Assembly: GCA_964636405.1 (NCBI GenBank) | Contig: CAZWSI010000011.1 | Coordinates: 62 to 64,061 of the forward strand | DNA length: 64,000 nt | Origin: an uncultured Oscillospiraceae bacterium | Lineage (GTDB): Bacteria; Bacillota; Clostridia; Christensenellales; CAG-138 | Direction: 5' to 3' | Part shown: positions 54,657 to 64,000 of the stretch, one piece after another | Layout: every line of letters begins with the position of its first letter | Position numbering within the stretch: the first letter of the stretch is position 1 | Position numbers and translations under genes: made by a program | Notes under the pieces: generated by a model | The model's database searches: none | The model's input: the letters and a program-made list of their open reading frames with translations, nothing else | Told to the model about the DNA's origin: nothing

Positions 54657-55496
54657 TCAGGAATCTAAATCGCTCACAACCTTTTCCGGGGGCGTTTCAA
54701 GCAGAGCGGGATTGGCAAGGTAATACCTGAAGCGCTTGAACGCCGCCGAATAATAGCTGCCGGAGCAGATGCGCTCGTCCATCACGATGCCCATGGGAAT
54801 GCAGCGCTCAAACTCGATCTCGCCGCGCACGCGCTTGGGAACCTCGCGCATATTGCCAAGGGTAATGAGCACGCTCACAGTGCCAAATTCATAAATATGG
54901 TGGTAAATATGATTCGTACGAATGCTCGCGAGGTTTGACACGACGAGGCTGCAATGAAATGGGCTCGCCTCAATCAGCTTGCGCGGAAGCAGGCCGTAGC
55001 GGTCCAGCGCCTTAAAGAGCCACACGCCAAAGTTGCACAGGCCCGGAATCCTGAGCAGCGTGCGGATGAGATCGTCAGTGGAGTTTACATCGCCAGGCGC
55101 GCGGTTTTGGGTGATATACTCGTTCATTTTGTTGTGCACGTCGAAAATGGTATCGGTCATCTGGAAGTACATTTTAGACATGGTGCCGTCCAACTCGCCG
55201 GGCTTAAGCACAACCATGCCCACGGGAAACTCTGTGCGCGCATAGATGCGCTTGTTCACAATAAAGCGGTTGAGCTGCGGCAGCTCGGACACCATGCGCA
55301 GGTAAGCGGCGAGCACGACGCCGAGATGCGACATGTTCAGCCCCTCCGCGCGCTTTGCGTTGAGATAGGTTTGCAGCGGCTCGACCGGGATATCAATCTC
55401 CGTCATGTTCATTGCATCGTAGCGCTTGTCCATGATGTACGGCACAACCGTATACATCGGATTCGTATTTTTCAGCCTGATTCCATCCTTGCGCAT
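54657..55496 (-). CDS. 2-oxoacid dehydrogenase acyltransferase (E2/CAT-fold)-like protein, catalytic motif degenerate
   Basis: ORF 54657..55583. ATG 55496 with GGGAGG SD. C-terminal region GIVMDERICSGSYYSAAF aligns by eye with the E2 DHRxxDG motif. Confidence 0.6.
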   Translation of the reverse strand: MRKDGIRLKNTNPMYTVVPYIMDKRYDAMNMTEIDIPVEPLQTYLNAKRAEGLNMSHLGVVLAAYLRMVSELPQLNRFIVNKRIYARTEFPVGMVVLKPGELDGTMSKMYFQMTDTIFDVHNKMNEYITQNRAPGDVNSTDDLIRTLLRIPGLCNFGVWLFKALDRYGLLPRKLIEASPFHCSLVVSNLASIRTNHIYHHIYEFGTVSVLITLGNMREVPKRVRGEIEFERCIPMGIVMDERICSGSYYSAAFKRFRYYLANPALLETPPEKVVSDLDS

Positions 55497-55584
55497 GTGC
55501 GCCTCCCAATAATAAAATATGATGCCTGTATATAAAATAACGTAAAATGCGCGAATTGACAATGTTTGTTTTTTCTTTTCCATG

Positions 55585-55593
55585 TGCTATACT
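55585..55593 (+). promoter_or_regulatory. Extended -10 (TGCTATACT) 6 nt upstream of ATG 55600
   Basis: Sequence is ATGTGCTATACT-TTGTAC-ATG. No SD. Confidence 0.4.
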
Positions 55594-55599
55594 TTGTAC

Positions 55600-56391
55600 A
55601 TGGAGCTTTATGGCGTTATTTTTATGCTGGTCTGCACCTTTGGCACGGCCCTTGCCGCGCTGGTGTGGGCAATTGTACGCAAAAAAGGGTTGGTCAAGCC
55701 TCTCCTTTTGGGCGCGCTCTGCTTTGCGGTGTTTCAGCTTTTCACGCGGCTGCCTCTATTGCAGCTCGTATTGCCCTTTCAGCCCTGGTTTGCGTTGCTT
55801 TCCACCGCCATGCCCTATTTGTACGCGGCGCTGCTCGGGGTGTCCGCCGCCGTGTTTGAGGAATGCGGCCGCCTGATTGTGATGGCGCTCTTTATGAAAA
55901 AGACCCGTCGCTTTGAAGATGGGCTGTCCTTCGGCCTTGGGCATGGCTGCTTTGAGGCAGCCGTGCTGGTTGGCGTCAATGGGCTTGCGCTCCTGTTAAG
56001 CGGTCAGTATGCCGCGCTCCCCGCAGGCGGGCTGTTTCTTGCGGGCGCGGAAAGGCTGATCGTTTTGCCCATGCACGTCGCCTGGTCGGTGATGGTGCTT
56101 GAGAGCCTTGCCACCCGCCGGGCCGCCCCCTTCTTTTGGGCGCTGCTGCTGCACGCGGCTGTAGACACGTTCGCGGGCGCGGCCACGCTCTTTGGCATTG
56201 CGCCGTTGCTCATTGAGGGCGTGTTTTTGATGGTTTCTCTGCTGCTTGTCTATTACATTTACCGCGCGCGGTTGCGCTGGCCCGTCCCCACGGCGTCCGC
56301 CCCACGCGCGGATGCGGAAATGGTTCCCGGCACGCCATCCGGTGCGGAAACGGAAACGGAAACGAAAAAGGAGCTGATTCTCAGTGAATAA
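55600..56391 (+). CDS. YhfC-family intramembrane (glutamic-type) metalloprotease-like protein
   Basis: ORF 55582..56391. Polytopic. FEECGRL and GLGHGCFEA motifs. Confidence 0.7.
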   Translation: MELYGVIFMLVCTFGTALAALVWAIVRKKGLVKPLLLGALCFAVFQLFTRLPLLQLVLPFQPWFALLSTAMPYLYAALLGVSAAVFEECGRLIVMALFMKKTRRFEDGLSFGLGHGCFEAAVLVGVNGLALLLSGQYAALPAGGLFLAGAERLIVLPMHVAWSVMVLESLATRRAAPFFWALLLHAAVDTFAGAATLFGIAPLLIEGVFLMVSLLLVYYIYRARLRWPVPTASAPRADAEMVPGTPSGAETETETKKELILSE

Positions 56392-56803
56392 GATGAATCG
56401 AAATAGCCTTCTCGCGCTGCTGCTGGCCGCGTTGCTGCTGACGTTAGGCTGCAGCGCGCCGCCGCTTGACGCGTGCTACGATGAAGAAACGGTGCTTACG
56501 CGCGCAAACGAGGCGTTTACTTTGGCCTGCGCGCAGGACTATGAGCGGCTTTCGGGCATGGTGCGCGCCGATTTGCGTGAGCAGGTGCCGCCGGATCTGC
56601 TTGCGGGCGCGTTTTCCGAGCGCCTCGATAAGGCGGGCGCTTTTGTGGAGCTGGTTTCGGCTGAGGCATTCGGCTCGACGGGCAAGGAGGACAAGATTCC
56701 CTATGCAACCGTCATCATGATCGGCCAATATGAAAAGGGCAAGGTTGTCTATACCTTTGTCCTTGATCCCGATTACGAGCTGGTCGGGCTCTACCAAAAA
56801 TAG
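56384..56803 (+). CDS. DUF3887-like lipoprotein
   Basis: Signal peptide with lipobox LTLGC. GTG 56384 lies 11 nt after AAGGAG (alternative ATG at 56393). Overlaps the yhfC-like stop. Confidence 0.65.
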   Translation: MNKMNRNSLLALLLAALLLTLGCSAPPLDACYDEETVLTRANEAFTLACAQDYERLSGMVRADLREQVPPDLLAGAFSERLDKAGAFVELVSAEAFGSTGKEDKIPYATVIMIGQYEKGKVVYTFVLDPDYELVGLYQK

Positions 56804-56829
56804 GCGCCGATTTTCGCACCAGGCTTGCG

Positions 56830-57056
56830 CATTGGCCCGATTTGTGCGATACTCGAGGTGCATCGTACCATGGATTCCAGCGCGCGGCGGTTACTCCACT
56901 TCATAATTGCCGTGACGCCGATAAAGGAGGTACAAAGGACCCGCTAGACTTGCGGTGCGGCAGTGTGGAGAACTGCCGTAATGCGGCCGGAACCTCGTGC
57001 GTCCGGCGGCGAACCCGGCAGTTGAAGGATTTCGTGCCGGGTAAAGTCAGAACTGT
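56830..57056 (+). promoter_or_regulatory. Promoter plus a long structured 5' leader of the ABC ATPase gene
   Basis: TTGCGC-17-GATACT promoter near 56830-56858. Then about 195 nt with several GC hairpins (CGGCAG/CTGCCG, CCGGA/TCCGG, CCCGGCA/TGCCGGG). No clear SD before ATG 57057. Confidence 0.35.
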
Positions 57057-58175
<1,119 letters not shown>

Positions 58176-58198
58176 GGCTTACACGAAACGAAACGCAC

Positions 58199-58239
58199 AG
58201 GCGGCCCGCGCGAAAGCAGCGCGGGCTGTCCCTTTTTGT
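58199..58239 (+). terminator. Intrinsic terminator after the ABC ATPase gene
   Basis: 8-bp GC stem GCCCGCGC/GCGCGGGC (58204-58211 / 58219-58226), followed by CCCTTTTTG. Confidence 0.7.
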
Positions 58240-58393
58240 AACGGCTCCGCGTCAAAAGCTTCACTGCGGCTCTGGCTCTATGCGCATCCAGACAATGTGC
58301 AATGATTACTAGGAAATGAATATGCCGCTTACAAGGTTTTGCGGCACACTGGCGGTTACCGTCAATCTTTCAGCCGTTTCCTGAACGGACAGA

Positions 58394-58420
58394 ATCGGGC
58401 GGCCCATATGGCCGCCCGAT
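58394..58420 (-). terminator. Hairpin downstream of gap (weak U-tract)
   Basis: 11-bp perfect stem ATCGGGCGGCC/GGCCGCCCGAT with a 5-nt loop, located 37 nt past the gap stop. Confidence 0.5.
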
Positions 58421-58456
58421 TTACACACACACGATGTTTGTTAACCGAAGCCTTGC

Positions 58457-59500
<1,044 letters not shown>

Positions 59501-59592
59501 TTATCATAAAAACCGAACACATCTTACAGCATTTATGCAATCCGCGCAAGGGAAACTTTCATCCCGCCGCATTTTGCGCCATTCTGTGCGGA

Positions 59593-60534
59593 TTACGCCT
59601 TTGAATCATCCAGATTGATGCGCTCTCCCACAATGTAGAGGGGCCGTCCCTTTAATTCGTCGTACATGCGTCCAAGGTACATGCCCTGCAGGCCCATAAA
59701 GCAGAGCGTCAGGCCGTTGAGCAGCACAAGCCCGTCTACAGCCCAGAGCCAGCCGGGAATGCCCGAGACGCAGGCCAGCACGATGAGCGCGATCAGCCCC
59801 AGCCCGGCGAGCGCGAGCACGCCTATGCCGATGGTAAGCGGCATGGTGATGGGCTTGTCGGAAAAGCCGGTGATGCCGTCTGAGGCAAGACGCAGCATTT
59901 TTTTGAGGGTATACTTGCTCGTGCCGGCGGCGCGTTCCTGCCGCTCATATTCGATGGGCTCCGCCGTAAAGCCCATCCACGCGGACATGCCGCGCAGAAA
60001 GCGGTTGTGCTCGCGCATGGTGAGGAACTGATCGGCCACCTTGCGGTCGATGAGTCTGAAATCGCCCGTGTCGAGGGGGATTGGGTAGGCGCTCATCCAC
60101 GCCAACAGCCGGTAATACACGGCGGCCGTCAGCTTCTTAAACACCGTTTCGCCCTTGCGCTTGAGACGCTTGCCGTATACGATATCCGCTCCCCGCTTCC
60201 ATTGCTCGACCATGGCGGGAATGATCTCGGGTGGGTCCTGCAAATCCACGTCGATGATAATGAGCGCGCTGCCTCTGGCGTGATCCATGCCGCAGGTCAC
60301 GGCCGTTTGGTGCCCGAAGTTGCGCGAGAAGGAGAGCACCTTCACGTTTTCGGATTTTTGAGCCAGCTTGCGCAGCATGGACAGCGTATCGTCGCGGCTG
60401 CCATCGTTGACATAGATGATTTCATACGGATGCCCCGTTTTTTCCATGGCGGCAGTCATACGGGCGTAGGATTCCTCGAGCACCTCCTGCTCGTTATAAA
60501 CCGGGATGACGAGTGAAAGCAGTTGATCCTTCAT
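59593..60534 (-). CDS. Family 2 glycosyltransferase (polyprenyl-phosphate glycosyltransferase, GtrB/ArnC-like)
   Basis: ORF 59593..60546. LVIPVYNEQE, DGSRDDT and IDVDLQDPPE motifs, with two C-terminal TM helices. ATG 60534 is preferred because GGAGG abuts ATG 60546. Promoter TTGTTT-17-TGGTATACT at 60568-60596. Confidence 0.85.
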   Translation of the reverse strand: MKDQLLSLVIPVYNEQEVLEESYARMTAAMEKTGHPYEIIYVNDGSRDDTLSMLRKLAQKSENVKVLSFSRNFGHQTAVTCGMDHARGSALIIIDVDLQDPPEIIPAMVEQWKRGADIVYGKRLKRKGETVFKKLTAAVYYRLLAWMSAYPIPLDTGDFRLIDRKVADQFLTMREHNRFLRGMSAWMGFTAEPIEYERQERAAGTSKYTLKKMLRLASDGITGFSDKPITMPLTIGIGVLALAGLGLIALIVLACVSGIPGWLWAVDGLVLLNGLTLCFMGLQGMYLGRMYDELKGRPLYIVGERINLDDSKA

Positions 60535-60615
60535 AATGATTTGCATCCTCCGTCTTTTCTGTTTACCAGTATACCATAGCGGAGCCCGGCAAACAACGGC
60601 TTTCGCCCGGTTTCG

Positions 60616-60764
60616 CAGGGCATGTTCATGAGAAAGTCTGCGGCTTGCAGAGAAAGAGTTTTCGCGCTGATTTTGAAGAAAACTTCAAAACGAAGCCGCA
60701 AGAATCGATTACACAGGCGCACAGAGCGCCTAATTGCCTGAAAAGCTTTCATGAACATGCCCTG
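60616..60764 (+). mobile_element. MITE-like non-autonomous element, copy B (149 bp)
   Basis: Same orientation as copy A, with a single difference (G at 60632 versus A at 36801). Flanked by the perfect 10-bp direct repeat CCCGGTTTCG (60606-60615 and 60765-60774). Confidence 0.75.
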
Positions 60765-60851
60765 CCCGGTTTCGCTATGGTATGCCATTTCGCCTTGGGA
60801 ATGCAACGCATTGCGGGTGTTAAGGCGGTTTCGCAGCATTTGCCGAAGGGT

Positions 60852-63185
60852 CTAAGGCCCGGCGGTTACGTCACCGGCGGTCACGCCGATGCGCATGGAA
60901 ACCTCACCCGTCAGTTGTTGGCCCATCACGGTCAGCCGCGGATGCACGGGGATGACATAATAAAAGTAGCGCGCGCCCGCCTTTACGCCCTCGTCTAAAA
61001 AGGAAACGCTCCCGTTTTCGCCCGAGCATTCGGCAAGCAGCACAGAGCGGCCATCCGTATCCTCACGGTAGAGGCGATAGAGCATGTAACGGCCCGGCGT
61101 ATCAAAGCCCACGAACACCGTCTGCCCCACCGGCTTGGCCGTAACGAGCGCGGGCGGCTGCGGCAGCGACCAATAGGAGCTGGTTTCGCGCGGTTCGGTG
61201 CCGACCACGAACACCTCCCGGTACGCCTCCGTTTCCGGCGTGAGCGCGCCTGCGAGCACAGCCGTGTGCTCAGTGTCAAGCGTATAGCGATCGATGCGGT
61301 ATTCGCGCACCGTACTGGGCATGGTGAAGTCCGGGGCCTCCTTGCCGTCGTACAGCCCACCGAAGATGCGTTTGAGCAGCTCCGCCGGATAGGTGCCGCC
61401 TGTCGCGTCCTCCTCCAGCATGCGCCCGTCCGACGAATCGTCCATGCCGATCCATACGGTCGCCGCGTACGCGGGGTTATACGCGGCCATCCAAATGTCG
61501 CGGTTCCCGTCCGCGTCGCCCGTCGTGCCGGTTTTGCCCGCGAGCGGAATACCCAGCGCGCCAAGACGCCTGCCGGTGCCGGTTTCGACTACGCTTTGCA
61601 GCATGCTGGTGAGCACGTACGCGTTACCCTCGCGCATGACCCGCGTTTGTGCGCGCGAACGGGTATAGAGCACGTTTCCCGCGCCGTCCGTAATGCGCTC
61701 GATGAGCCCCGGCGCTTCGTACACGCCGCCGCGTGCGAAGGCCGCGTACGCGCTCGCGATTTGATAGGGTGAAACGCCGTAGGTAAAGCCGCCGAGCGCG
61801 AGCGCAAGGCTTTTGTCCTGCTCGTCGAAGGGTACGCCGAGCTTTTCCGCAAAGCGCTTCCCGCCGCTTACGCCTATGCGGGAAAACACCGTAACGGCCG
61901 GGACGTTGAGCGAGCGCGTGACCGCCTCGCGCATGGTGACCCAGCCGGAAAACGTGCCGCTTGCGTTGTTGGGCCGGTAGCCGTTAAAATCGATTTGTTC
62001 GTCGAGCAGCATGGTAGCCGCCGTGTAGCCCACCTCCAGCGCGGGCGCGTAGACCAGAATAGGCTTGATGACCGAGCCGGGCTGGCGGCGGATCATGGTT
62101 GCCCGGTTAAAGCCCAGCGCCGCGTCGCTCGACCGGCCGCCAAGCAGCGCAGCCACGCCCCCGGATTCCACATTCACTACGACGAGCGCGGCCTCCGCAC
62201 CCGACGGAAACAGCGTGTCGTCGGCAAAAAGCGCTTCGCACGCCGTCTGTAAGTCCGCATCGAGCGCGGTCTCAATCCGATAGCCGCCGGAAAGCAGTTC
62301 GCTCATATCCACGCTTAACAGCGCCGCCGCCTCCGTGAGCGCCGTGTCCACATAATAGCCGCGCCGCTCGCTGCGCGCGTCTGAACGCAAAACGACGGGC
62401 TCGGCTTGATAACGCTCGCATTCCGTGTCCGTAATATAGCCGTAATCCCGCATCAGCTCAAGCACCACGTTGCGCCTGCCGACGCTCGCCTCCATGTGCA
62501 GGTGCGGGGCAAAACGAGAAGGGGATTTGAGTATACCCGCGAGCTGCGCCGCCTGCGCCACGGTGAGATCCTTAGCGGAAACGGCATAATACCCGCGCGC
62601 CGCCGCCTCAATGCCATAAAAGCCGCCGCCGAAGTACACGTAGTTCAAGTACATTTCCAGGATCTCATCCTTGGAGTACAGCCGCTCGAGCTGGTAGGCC
62701 AGCACCGCCTCCTCCAGCTTGCGCGACATTTCCTTTTCGTTGCTAAGGTGGCTCAGCTTGATGAGCTGTTGGCTGATGGTGGACGCGCCCTGCACATACG
62801 CGCCCGCCTTCAAATCGGCCCAGGCCGCGCCCGCGATGCGGATGAGGTCGATGCCGAAATGTTCGTAGAAGCGAGCGTCCTCCGCCGAGATAAACGCGTT
62901 GCGCACCTGCTCGGGCACGTCGGAAAGCGGAACCCAGATACGATCCTCCGTCGCGTGCAGCACGGAATAATCCGCGCCCGACGCGTCGGCGACGATCAGC
63001 GAGCGCGGCACGCCGAGGATACGGTTCATGTCGAGCTTGTTCCACGCGTCCATGTCGAATACGGCCGCCGCCGCAAAGCACAGCGCGCCCAGCGATAATA
63101 GAAAAAAAGCCAGCACGGCACGGAGCTTGCGTCTGCGCCGGTACGCCCGGAAACGGATATAGTTGTCGCGTTCAAATCCCCTCAT
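60852..63185 (-). CDS. Class A (bifunctional) penicillin-binding protein PBP1A-type
   Basis: TM anchor. GT51 motifs (EDARFYEHFGID, GASTISQQL). Transpeptidase motifs (SVIKP, SLN, KTGTT). C-terminal beta-rich extension. Confidence 0.9.
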   Translation of the reverse strand: MRGFERDNYIRFRAYRRRRKLRAVLAFFLLSLGALCFAAAAVFDMDAWNKLDMNRILGVPRSLIVADASGADYSVLHATEDRIWVPLSDVPEQVRNAFISAEDARFYEHFGIDLIRIAGAAWADLKAGAYVQGASTISQQLIKLSHLSNEKEMSRKLEEAVLAYQLERLYSKDEILEMYLNYVYFGGGFYGIEAAARGYYAVSAKDLTVAQAAQLAGILKSPSRFAPHLHMEASVGRRNVVLELMRDYGYITDTECERYQAEPVVLRSDARSERRGYYVDTALTEAAALLSVDMSELLSGGYRIETALDADLQTACEALFADDTLFPSGAEAALVVVNVESGGVAALLGGRSSDAALGFNRATMIRRQPGSVIKPILVYAPALEVGYTAATMLLDEQIDFNGYRPNNASGTFSGWVTMREAVTRSLNVPAVTVFSRIGVSGGKRFAEKLGVPFDEQDKSLALALGGFTYGVSPYQIASAYAAFARGGVYEAPGLIERITDGAGNVLYTRSRAQTRVMREGNAYVLTSMLQSVVETGTGRRLGALGIPLAGKTGTTGDADGNRDIWMAAYNPAYAATVWIGMDDSSDGRMLEEDATGGTYPAELLKRIFGGLYDGKEAPDFTMPSTVREYRIDRYTLDTEHTAVLAGALTPETEAYREVFVVGTEPRETSSYWSLPQPPALVTAKPVGQTVFVGFDTPGRYMLYRLYREDTDGRSVLLAECSGENGSVSFLDEGVKAGARYFYYVIPVHPRLTVMGQQLTGEVSMRIGVTAGDVTAGP

Positions 63186-63247
63186 GGGGCTTAGTGTGTC
63201 AGGTTGAGGAAAAAGCTATGCGGTCAAAAGAAGGGGGATTTGTGCGA

Positions 63248-63898
63248 TTAACAGCAATACACGCCGCGCGTGCAGCAATCGCAGCACAAAAGCATGGGGC
63301 AAACGGAAAAATATCCGCAGCCGCCCGTGTTGCCGCAGCCCTGCGCCGTGTTTCCGCCAAAGCCGCCTGTAGTGTACGCGCGGCCCGAGTTGTTCAGCGT
63401 AGCGTAGGCATTGCGGTATTCGGCGTTGTCAGGCTCCATGCTGTAGGCCTTTTGAATGTAGCCTTGCGCCTTTTCGTACCAGCCCTGCCGCAGGAAAATG
63501 ATGCCGTAAAGATAATACCACTCCGCGTCCCGCTCGGAGATGCCGTCGAGCACGGATCGCGCGGCGTTCAGATTGTTTTGATTTATAAAGGAACGCGCGC
63601 GCTGATAGACCGTTGCGTTGGGGCCGCTGTAGGCATGGCCGGAGCCGCTTTCGCTGGCGCTGTAGGAGCCGTAGGAGGACGAAGCGCCACCGTAGGACGA
63701 CGACGCGCCCGCGCTGGGCTTTTTGGTCAGCATCTCGTACGCCTGATTGATTTCCTTCAGTTTTTCGCCCGCCAGCTCCTTGAGCGGATTGTCCGTGTAC
63801 TTGTCCGGGTGGTATTTTTTAACAAGCGAAAGATAGGCCGCGCGGATCTCCTCCTGCGTAGCCGTTTCACTCACACCCAACACCTTATATGGATTCAT
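63248..63898 (-). CDS. J-domain protein with TPR-like middle region and Cys-rich C-terminal tail
   Basis: ORF 63248..63913. ATG 63898 (MNPYKVLGV). HPD motif in KKYHPDKY. Tail is [30 protein letters not shown]. Confidence 0.8.
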   Translation of the reverse strand: MNPYKVLGVSETATQEEIRAAYLSLVKKYHPDKYTDNPLKELAGEKLKEINQAYEMLTKKPSAGASSSYGGASSSYGSYSASESGSGHAYSGPNATVYQRARSFINQNNLNAARSVLDGISERDAEWYYLYGIIFLRQGWYEKAQGYIQKAYSMEPDNAEYRNAYATLNNSGRAYTTGGFGGNTAQGCGNTGGCGYFSVCPMLLCCDCCTRGVYCC

Positions 63899-64000
63899 TC
63901 GCGTGCTCCCCATGCAGCAATATCCGCGTTCTGTGCCGGCAGCCCAGATGCATGATATTGTCCAGTATTCCCTGCCCGGCAGGGAAACTTAAAAGATCAT

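Overview
High-GC chromosomal segment (about 60-65% GC, judged by eye). Gene content and signals look Firmicutes/Clostridia-like: T-box leader, mutS2, Cof-HAD, VanW, YedE, strong AGGAGG Shine-Dalgarno sites, and many ATGA/GTGA stop-start overlaps. I call 2 tRNAs (Tyr-GTA, Leu-CAG), about 58 protein-coding genes, one T-box riboswitch, several intrinsic terminators and promoters, and two copies of a short mobile element. Most of the window is housekeeping. A long minus-strand block runs ABC-F, hypothetical, pdp, polA, coaE, SLT, lspA, rluD, DUF885, then T-box-valS. Also present are proA, a two-component system with htrA, mutS2, alr, nnrD-acpS-recX, gap and PBP1A. Points worth a second look: (1) a 149-bp MITE-like element in two near-identical copies, each with a perfect 10-bp target-site duplication and each in the same register upstream of a predicted promoter; (2) an AT-rich 250-bp island with a promoter, a 14-bp long-range inverted repeat, an anti-SD motif and a terminator (candidate sRNA); (3) a translationally coupled operon of a racemase-like PLP enzyme, a GlmL-like ATPase with no B12 mutase partner, a GHMP kinase and a membrane protein; (4) a split selenium-utilisation locus (csd / yedE-yedF-DUF3343 ... 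yqeB-selD); (5) an Fpg/Nei-family protein lacking the catalytic N-terminal proline, preceded by a 9-Cys mini-protein; (6) three candidate leaderless genes sharing an ATGCTATAYT extended -10. No CRISPR array, rRNA, prophage or recognisable defence system was seen. All family assignments come from motif recognition by eye, not from database searches.
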